Of a stretch of DNA of 64,000 nucleotides, positions 54,487-64,000 are shown piece after piece. The stretch covers positions 85,932,001-85,996,000 of the forward strand of contig NC_043004.1 of the NCBI RefSeq assembly GCF_006345805.1. Reading direction: 5' to 3'. Under the pieces are notes generated by a model that did no database searches, had not been told where the DNA came from, and saw only the letters and a list, made by a program, of their open reading frames with translations. The position numbers were made by a program, and so were the translations under genes. Positions within the stretch are counted from its first letter, which is position 1, and every line of letters starts with the position of its first letter. The DNA is from Octopus sinensis (Eukaryota).

Positions 54487-55886
54487 GATCGATCGATCTA
54501 TCTACCTGTCTTTCTGTCTGTCTGTTTATCTGTTTGTCTGTCAATATGTCAATCTATCCATTTATCTCTCTATCCACTTTTTCCCTTTCGGTCATGATTG
54601 CCCACGGGTTACTTCATTCTTATTATAGATTATCATATTTATGAGACATACCACTTATATATGACAACACCAAAGCAGACGTGACTACATTTGGAGATGA
54701 TACATCTACGCATGGTGACTTCTTTGCTGCAGTGTCTATCACCTTCTCTTGAGCCACCATTTCAAGAATCACCCTACTTCATCTTAATCTGCCATCTACA
54801 ATACTTTCCCAAGATGATGTATTGATTTGAGGGCTTTCATATCCCATATGTAGACCCCGTTTATCACATACACGGGAGGTAAAACAGACTTTTCTCGGAA
54901 GCCTGTTGTCTACTAACTATATTCTTTGAGACACGGCTATCCGCCATACTTTAGATGGTCGCCATCATTGATGCATAATGTGGGTATGTGTGTGTTTGTA
55001 TGTGCATGAGTTGCAAGAGTTTATTAAAAGTGATTATTAAAAAGGATTAATAAATTAATAAAAGCAGACAGTTATCTAGAAAACCCTCAGTCTTAAACGA
55101 ACCTGGTTAACTATTTCAAATACTTAGATACCAATAAATAGAAATAGAATTAGCAGGAGAAGCAATTCTTTCAAGAATGGTAAGTAAATCCGAATAGAGC
55201 TTATATCCGGATTATATGACAACATAATGTACGAACGAAAACGGGGCAGCGATTGCACTGAAGCGGCACTTATGGAAAATAATATCACTGTCTCTAGTCA
55301 ACAGTTTTTATTCACGCTGCGTTCTAATCTATAAAGATTGACAGAAACCACCTGCAAGATATTTTTTTAATTATTCATCATTCTGATCAGGTTTCTATTT
55401 TTCTTGTATTTTTGGTATTATTCTTCCCCCTTTTTTTTTTACTTCTTTATCATTTTTTTTCTTTTGTTAATTACTCATTGTCTTTAGAAATTTATTTTAG
55501 AACTAATAAAGACAATTACATCTAACCTATATACCAAGTCCGCAAAGAACCAAATAAAAGTACATAGATTGCCAGATAATTGTAGTTTTTGCAATTAATT
55601 TTATCGTCTCACATTTTTCCTTTTACATTTTGTTTTTTTTTTTACATCTTTATATAGATTTTTCATATTCTTCATTCATGTTGTTGGGTTTTTTTGGGGG
55701 GGGTTTTTTATGAAGGATATTGGTTTAGTTTTCGAGAATTGGTCTGTTGGTATATATATTTGGTTTCGCGGATATTATTAGAAATTCTTTTGGAGATGAA
55801 AAGGAGAGAAATCCAAGATAAATCTTTAGTTCGTTCTACTTAATTAAGTTTTTAATTTAGGAAATGTGCGTATATGTGCATGTACA

Positions 55887-55936
<50 letters not shown>

Positions 55937-55944
55937 TATTTATA

Positions 55945-56208
55945 CACATAAGTGTATGTATATATATATGTATATATATTTGTATATATATATAAGATAT
56001 ATATATACATGTATATATATATATGTATATACACACACACTAATATATGTATATATATATATATGTATATATATATGTATATATATATATATATATGTAT
56101 ATTTTTGTATATATATATATAGATATATATATATGTAATATTATATATAGTATACACACACACATATATATATGTATATAACATATATATATATGTGTAT
56201 ATAAATAG

Positions 56209-56253
<45 letters not shown>

Positions 56254-56411
56254 ATATATATTATATATACATATATACATATGTGTATATATATATATAT
56301 ATATCGATATATGGTTATATGCATAACTATGCATATAACCATATAGCGTATATATATATATATATATATACACAATGTATATATGTATATATCATATATA
56401 TATGTGTATAA

Positions 56412-56446
<35 letters not shown>

Positions 56447-56690
56447 CTATTTATATACACATATGTATATATGTATATATACATATATATATGTGTGTTA
56501 TACATATATAATATATACATGTATATATATCTATATATATATACAAATATATATACATATATATATATACATATATATATGTGTGTGTATATATATATAT
56601 ATATATATACATGTAATATATATCTATATATATATACAAATATATATACATATATATAATACATATATATGTGTGTGTGTATATATATAT
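55945..56690. repeat. Large imperfect palindrome of degenerate (TA)n
   Basis: Perfect core tatatggttatatgcata-ac-tatgcatataaccatata (56308-56345); non-repeat landmarks are mirrored for over 300 bp on each side. Confidence 0.85.
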
Positions 56691-56724
56691 ATATATACAT
56701 GTATATAATCTATTATATATACAA

Positions 56725-56806
<82 letters not shown>

Positions 56807-56951
56807 CATATGCACAATCTCGATAATTTCAATATAAAAAGGCTTTTTAATGTGTATTATACACGCTACGAAGGCATTTACAATACAGTCTAAGAGATAA
56901 AACCAGAACAGAACCGACAGTGTGCGTAAGTTATGACCTCGAAAAACTCAT

Positions 56952-56998
<47 letters not shown>

Positions 56999-57024
56999 GT
57001 CCCTCTCCTCTCTCTTTATATATA

Positions 57025-57692
57025 TTGCGAGCTAGCAGAAATGTTAGCACGCCGGACGCAATGCTTAGCGGTATTTCGTCTGCTGTTACGCACTGGGGTC
57101 TATATAATCGACTTAATCCGTTTGTCTGTCCTTGTTTGTCGTCTCTCTGCTTCGCCCCTTCTGGGTAGTAAAGAAATAGGTAATGTTTCTCATTTGAAGG
57201 CGGCTAACTTGTACAAACGTTAGCACGCCGGGCGAAATGCGTAGCCGTATTTCGTCTGCCGTTACGGTCTGAGTTCGAATTCCGCCGAGATCGACTTGGC
57301 CTTTCATCCTTTCGGGGTCGATTAAATAAGTACCAGTTACGCACTGGGGTCGATGTAATCGACTTAATCCGTGTGTCCGTCCTTGTCTGTCCTCTCTCTG
57401 TGTAGCCCCTTATGGGTAATAAAGAAATAGGTATTTCGAGTGTCTTTATGTTCTGAGTCTCCAATTCCGTGAGGTCGGCTTTGTCTTTCATCCTTTCGGG
57501 GTCGATTAAATAAGTACCAGTTACACACTGGTATTTCGAGTGCCCTTATGTTCTGAGTCCCCAGTTCCGCTGAGGTCGGCTTTGTCTTTCATCCTTTCGC
57601 ACCAAATAAATTAAGTATCAGTAGCCTACTGGGGTCGATCTAATCGACTGAAGCCTTCCTACAAATTTCGGGCCTTGTGCCTAGAGTAGAAT
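57025..57692 (+). mobile_element. SINE family A/B cluster (multimer)
   Basis: Two tailA elements, then older B-type units entered at aaagaaatag|gtatttcgag. Confidence 0.8.
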
Positions 57693-57804
57693 AGATATAT
57701 ATATATATATGTATGTATATATATATGTATGTATATGTATGTATATATATAGTATGTATATGTATGTATATATTATATATGTATGTATATATATATATGT
57801 ATGT

Positions 57805-57866
<62 letters not shown>

Positions 57867-57873
57867 ATATATG

Positions 57874-57907
<34 letters not shown>

Positions 57908-57916
57908 ATGTATATG

Positions 57917-57963
<47 letters not shown>

Positions 57964-57984
57964 AGTAAAGACACTACAGTCACG

Positions 57985-58230
57985 AATTTCCATGGTGCTG
58001 CACCTAGACAGTTAAACCCCCGAGGCACAAGTTGTTTATGGGAAACTAGTAGTCACCCAAGCATACCAGCCTCCAAGCTGCGCGCCACTGATGTTATCCA
58101 ACGGAAAGGTTATGGCCGATACACGCTTGGCACCAGTAACCTTGTAACTCGTTTCTGCTGCAGAGCAGATTGGAGAAACGTGAAGTAAAGGGTCTTGCTC
58201 AAGAACACAATACATAGCCCAGTCCGGGAA
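57985..58230 (-). mobile_element. SINE body and tail (family shared with 25270-25440)
   Basis: gcacctaga..agtt, cccaagcataccagcc, gcttggcaccag and aaagggtcttgctcaagaacac are shared motifs. Confidence 0.65.
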
Positions 58231-58254
58231 TATATACATATATATATATATATT

Positions 58255-58531
58255 TATTGTTTTACTTATTTCAGTCTTCTGACTGCAACCATGCTAGAGC
58301 ACCACCTTTTGACCGAAGAAATCGAACCCTAGACTTGTCCTTTGTTAGTTTGGTGCTTGTTCTAACTGGCCCTTCTGCCGAACTGCTAAGTTACGAGAAC
58401 TTAAACACACCAACACCGGCCGTCAGGCGATGGTGGCGGGGACAAAAACAGGCACGTACACACACACATGCGCGCACACACACATACATACACACACATG
58501 CACACATATATATAAGACGGACTTATATGTG

Positions 58532-58576
<45 letters not shown>

Positions 58577-59030
58577 ACACATATATATATATATTATATA
58601 TATATATATATATATAAGACGGACTTCCTTCAATTTCCCGCTAATAAATCCACTCACAATGATTTGGTCGGACAGAGGCGAAAGTTGAAGTTACTTACCT
58701 GATGTAATACGCAGTGGAACTGAACCCGGAATCATATGGTTGGGAGGCAAATATGTATTCATATACATACATATATATGTATGTGTGTGTATAAAAATAT
58801 GTATGTTTATATATATTTATGTTTTTCTTTTCTTTTATTTGTTTCAGTAGCTATGCTGGAGGACCACCTTACTCTTTGTAAGCTTAGTACTTATTTTATC
58901 GGTATCTTTTGCCGAATGGATAAGTGACAGACGTGAACACACCAGCATCGGTTGTCAAGCGATGTTGGGGGGACAAACACAAATACACAAATATATATAT
59001 ACATATATACATACACACACACATACACAA

Positions 59031-59067
<37 letters not shown>

Positions 59068-59235
59068 ACATATATATATATACGACGGGCTTCTTTCAGT
59101 TTCCGTCAACTACATCCACTCTCAAAGCTTTGGTCGGCCCGAGGCTTTTGTAGAAAAAACTTGCCAAAGGTGCCACGCAGTGGGACTGAACCCGCAACCA
59201 TGTGGTTGGTAAGCAAACTACTTACCACACAGCCA
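58255..59235 (-). mobile_element. Two adjacent SINE family C copies (58255-58750 and 58835-59235)
   Basis: Each has a tail, internal CA/TA tract and head. Confidence 0.75.
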
Positions 59236-59735
59236 CACACACACACACACACACACATACACACATACACACAAACATATATATATATACTGACATATGT
59301 ATGTAGTATGTACGTACGTATGTATTTATGTATGTATGTACGTAGGCATGTATGTATCTATATATATATGTATGTGATTTAACATTAGTACATTCGAGAC
59401 GACAGGGCGTTTGTCCTCTCTCCCTGTACAATCCAGTTATCTCGCCTCAAACGAATGGCCACTTCACATTTCGTATCTCAGGAGAAGCATAAAACTACGA
59501 TTAAATAATAGGCAACCGGACGAAATAAAACGCTGGTCGATATGAATCGACTAAATCTCTACGCTGCGCTGCAGCATGGCCGCGACCTAACGACTGTAAC
59601 TAGTAAAAGAACCATAAAATAACGACATCAATAATACATACATATACCTAAATACATACATGCATACATATATATATATATATAACTGCAGGCATTCGAT
59701 TCGTCGCTTCGTTCCATTTCTCTTCCTCCCAGTAT

Positions 59736-59791
<56 letters not shown>

Positions 59792-61055
59792 AGGTATTGG
59801 TTTGAAGGTAATGTTTTAAAATTTGTACGTTTTCATGCGTTGATTTCTCTGATTATCACTTTCACTAACTGGCTTCGCAATGTCCTGGTACTTTACAGTT
59901 CTTGCACTCATCCCCACCCCTCCCACCCTCTGTCTGTTTTGTTTTCCGTTTTTACTTCTTTCCTCTTTTCATTTGATTCCATTATTTTATTCTCTGTTTT
60001 TTTTTTTCTGTGTCTCTCTTTATATTTTCGCTTTTTCATTGTCGCAATCATCTCTGTTATTATATTTCTCCAACTCTCCATTTCTTCTTCTTCTTCTCCT
60101 TTTTTCTTCTTCTTCTTCTTCTTCTTCTTCTTCTTCTTCTTCTTCTTCTTCTTCTCTCTTTCTCTCTCTCCCCCTCTCCCTCTCCCTCTCAGTCCTGAAT
60201 CAATTTTCAATCAATACTTGTCACTAGAATTCATTGTCGTAAATTTAGCAGACAAGGTTTTTTTTTTATATATTTTTGTTTACGTATAATTTTTTATGCT
60301 TTAATTCTCGTTTTTCTTCGCTGTTTCACTGAAATACTTGCTATTCGAATGCTATCACAAACAGACACATACACACAAACACACACTCACAGACACACAC
60401 TCACAGATACATGCACGCACACACTCACACACATATATAAATATATAGACACTCATACACACATACATATGCACAGACATATAAACAAACACATACACAC
60501 AAACACCCACTCTCACATACATACATACACACACGCACTCACTCACACATATATAGACAATCACACACACATATATATATATATATATATACACACTTAT
60601 ACACATACATATGAAAACATATCCACAGACATACACTCACACATACATATACACACATATGCATGCATACACTCATATACACAATTATACACTCATATAT
60701 ACACACACATCCATATGTACACTCATAGACATAAGACATATACATAGATATATGCACACAGGTACATATACAAACACACACACAAACACACACACATACA
60801 CACAAAGACAAACACACAAAGACACGTACACATGCATAGAGACAAAGCATTCGATCCGTCCACTAGAGATGTCAAAATTAGAAACAGGCATTATTGAATA
60901 GAGCATTGGAGTTCGATGAAGTATTTGTGTCTTCAAGAAATAGTAGCCAAATAGACCTCAAAATTACACGTAACCTCGAAAATCTGATATAAAATTAATC
61001 TATAAATTGGTACCAGCAAGCGTGGAAGAAGAGAATGTTTTGTGTGAGTACAAGT

Positions 61056-61114
<59 letters not shown>

Positions 61115-61223
61115 TGTCGATGTACATGTGCAAATGGGTGTTTGTGTGTGTGTGTGGTTTTGCATGTGGGTGAGTGCACGTGTGTGTCTTGTGCGTGTGC
61201 GACATTGTGTGCGTGTGTGTGTG

Positions 61224-61516
61224 TGAAGACGTGTGGCTTAGTGGTTCGGGTATTTGGCTCACGATTTTGAGGTCGTGAGTTCGATTCCCGACAGCGCATT
61301 GTGCCTTTCAGCGAGAGATTTTACTTCCCGTTGCTCTAGTCCACTAAGCTGATAAAAATGAGCAGTGCCTACATTTGAAACAACCAGCCATACCACATTT
61401 TGTGTCATGCTCAATGTCCCTGAAGACTACGTTAAAGGCAAGCATGTCAGAAAAATGCTCAACCGCCTGTATTTTAATCAGCTGGAACCCTCGTCGTCGT
61501 AACTGATGGGGTGCCT
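61224..61516 (+). mobile_element. SINE family D
   Basis: Head gtggcttagtggttcgggtatttggctcacg...gagttcgattcc; family D tail. Confidence 0.75.
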
Positions 61517-61793
61517 GTGTGTGTGTGTGCACGCGTATGCAAGTGTGTCAAGTATATTGTTGTGGATATGTTAGTTTTGTTTATGAGCCAAGGTGTCTCT
61601 GACTGAGCATATCGTTTACTGAAATTATTCCACATGACCCCATCAAGGCTGATGGTTTCGAGACAATGCTCCTTTCATTATATACTCCCTTTGTATTAAG
61701 ATGCTAGCGTTCTATGCGAAGGAGATTTGGTTAGTATTTCTTGTTAGTCAATTTTCTGACCACGGCCTTTCTTATTGAATTCTTTCCTCACAG

Positions 61794-61870
61794 CCTATCT
61801 GAATGCTAATGTGTACACTCATATTCAACGCGTCCGTATTCCCTCGAATGTCGAAAGACATTTCGCCACG
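61794..61870 (+). other. Candidate 77-nt exon, unverified
   Basis: Acceptor ttctttcctcacAG and donor acg|GTAAGA; one open frame (YLNANVYTHIQRVRIPSNVERHFAT); no recognisable homology. Confidence 0.25.
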
Positions 61871-62146
61871 GTAAGAATCTCGGGAGAAAATCCTCCTTAT
61901 GGAGAATATGTGTCAAAGTGCAGTGTTGGGCTACGAATAACGTCATCAGATCGTAGAATACGTGTATTACTGAGTCTTTGCGCATCATCAGCAATGAATA
62001 TCGAGTCAGTCGCGTGCAGCTTTATAATATTAGTTGTTTTTTTTATATATATAGGAACAGCAAATAGCACATTTCCAAAGGTGCATAGATAGACTTTATA
62101 TATTCTATTATCCCAATACGGACATTAACATATATACATGATTTTA

Positions 62147-62191
<45 letters not shown>

Positions 62192-62197
62192 TATATA

Positions 62198-62378
62198 CTT
62201 TATTTAAAGTAGCAGAAAATTCAACAAAACCTGTTACTCTGAGTTTCACGTTGCAACATGAAACTCAGAGTATCAGGTTTTGTTGAATTTTCTGCTGCTT
62301 TAAATAAAGCATATTACTCTACCACTGGTATTTGACTACTCTTTTTCCCACCTTGTTTCACATTTATGTGTTTACTCC

Positions 62379-62380
<2 letters not shown>
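62198..62380. mobile_element. ~110-bp hairpin plus unique extension between (TA)n tracts; probable Penelope-like terminal fold-back
   Basis: tttatttaaagtagcagaaaattcaacaaaacctgttactctgagtttca pairs with tgaaactcagagtatcaggttttgttgaattttctgctgctttaaataaa. Confidence 0.6.
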
Positions 62381-62423
<43 letters not shown>

Positions 62424-63812
62424 CTGATAATGTCGCCTGAGACAATATACGCATGTAACTCCAACTGCTAATTTAACTCAGGAATTATTAAAATACCAGT
62501 TAGAAATAATTATTTGGTACTTGAGGAATAAATTACCTTATTAAGCTATGACTTTATTTGGCAAACTGACTGATTCGCTAGCACATCGGACACATTTCTT
62601 AGAGACATTTTTCCCAAGTCTACGTTTTGAGTTCAAATCCTGACGAGATCAACTTCTAGGGTCGATAAAATAATGTATTAGTCAATACAGGGTTTCGAAT
62701 AACCACCTTCATCAAAATTAATGGCTTTGTGTGAAAATTTGAAATAATTATTATTTTAATTATACCATGCAAGTACAGAAATTAAGTTCGAAAATTTTGT
62801 GTCGATTTTGTTGTCCACTAACGGATACACCGCGTAATAGTTTTTCTCAGACGCGGTGCATCGGTGTACCTTGGGATACCTCTAAACGTTACATTCGATT
62901 ATAAATACGATTTAAAGGTTTGGAAATTTCGTCTTCAATGTGACATCATGAAAAATGTATTTAATTATTCTGTTACGCACAAGTAAGATTGATGAATTAA
63001 GGTACAGAACATCTTTCTAGATTTTTTTTTCCTAGATATTTCAAAATATTAATACATTTAAAACAAAATTTCATGCAAAGCTCAATAAAGATTTATTATC
63101 TGATCTCACGTGCCCTAAAAATTAAAATATATTGATTACCTCTACTCAGTGTGATGAGATCATGTTTCGTTATGCTAAGTATGTGATGTGCGTTCGTTTC
63201 ACCCTCCAAGAATAATCATTCCATTTTGGTTTTTAACACCAACAATTTCATTCTCATCACCTACAGATGGGTCTCTATGGACACACAATAGCTGAAATCA
63301 TTGTCAGCTTGTTTATATATTTAATTAATCGATGCCTGAGTTCCACATGTCTAAGATGTTAAAAGGCAGGTCTTCATGCAAAATCATCGATGATGATTCT
63401 CTGTTACTTAAAAATTACTGATTAATAACAAACTTAAAACATCATACAGTAATTTATTCATACATTCGTATTTCTTTTTTTATCGCATTGGAAACAATTG
63501 TCATAATAGGAATCAATTATATGCTAATTTTCCTTATTGAACTTTAATGATATGAATTATATTTTACAATTTTTACAGCTTTATTTAATTCACTTCGTTT
63601 ATTTCGTTTCACTTATAAATTCCTTCATATTCGTATATAGAGATCGCTGTTTCGATTTAAGTGTATCTCTTCAGCGCGAAGCAGTTAAGTGTCTATTAAA
63701 TACACCATGTATTTAGAAAACAATATGGCAAACTGGGGGGATAGCAGTGGTACTCGATAAATGCATTTCAATAGGAGAAACTCATTTGTGTGTGTTTATA
63801 GTTCATAAGTAT

Positions 63813-64000
63813 GAAGGCACGTAGCTTAATGGAGTGGGTATTTGGCTCATAATCTTAAGGTTATGAGGTCGATACACGGTGCCGCATTATGTCCTTGAGC
63901 AAGACACTTTATTTCATATTGCTCCAACCTATTTAACTAGCAAAAATGAGAAGTAGCTGCATTTTCAGATATCACATTCTATGTCACACTGAATTACCCT
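63813..64000 (+). mobile_element. SINE family D-like, runs off the window end
   Basis: tRNA-like head, then gtccttgagcaagacactttatttc body. Confidence 0.7.

Noticed and set aside
54660-54760. TTFGDDT, similar to the FADDT RT motif
   Set aside because: A single motif with no supporting neighbours.

Overview
This is repeat-saturated, AT-rich eukaryotic intergenic or intronic DNA. The SINE families and extreme (TA)n/(CA)n/(GATA)n density look like an octopus genome; this is recognition from memory, not a database result. No host protein-coding gene could be firmly identified, and most six-frame ORFs are microsatellite read-through. Supported content: (1) a young, 5'-truncated 2.7-kb L1/Tx1-clade LINE at 37933-40614 (-) with RT and a CCHC knuckle, sitting in a GATA microsatellite; (2) degenerate fragments of R4/Dong-like, HERO-like, RTE and CR1-group LINEs; (3) about 30 tRNA-derived SINE copies of several modular families; (4) two non-autonomous Helitron-like elements and several fold-back/MITE-like elements; (5) Penelope-like terminal fragments anchored in (TA)n. 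Most interesting: a 340-bp fold-back with a canonical type I hammerhead ribozyme on each strand (14.1-14.5 kb); an apparent SINE-Tx1 partnership, where the commonest SINE ends in the Tx1 3' terminal ~50 nt and forms tandem multimers at one fixed junction; and a ~730-bp palindrome hidden in a (TA)n tract at 56 kb. Coordinates were read by eye; ends of degenerate elements are approximate.
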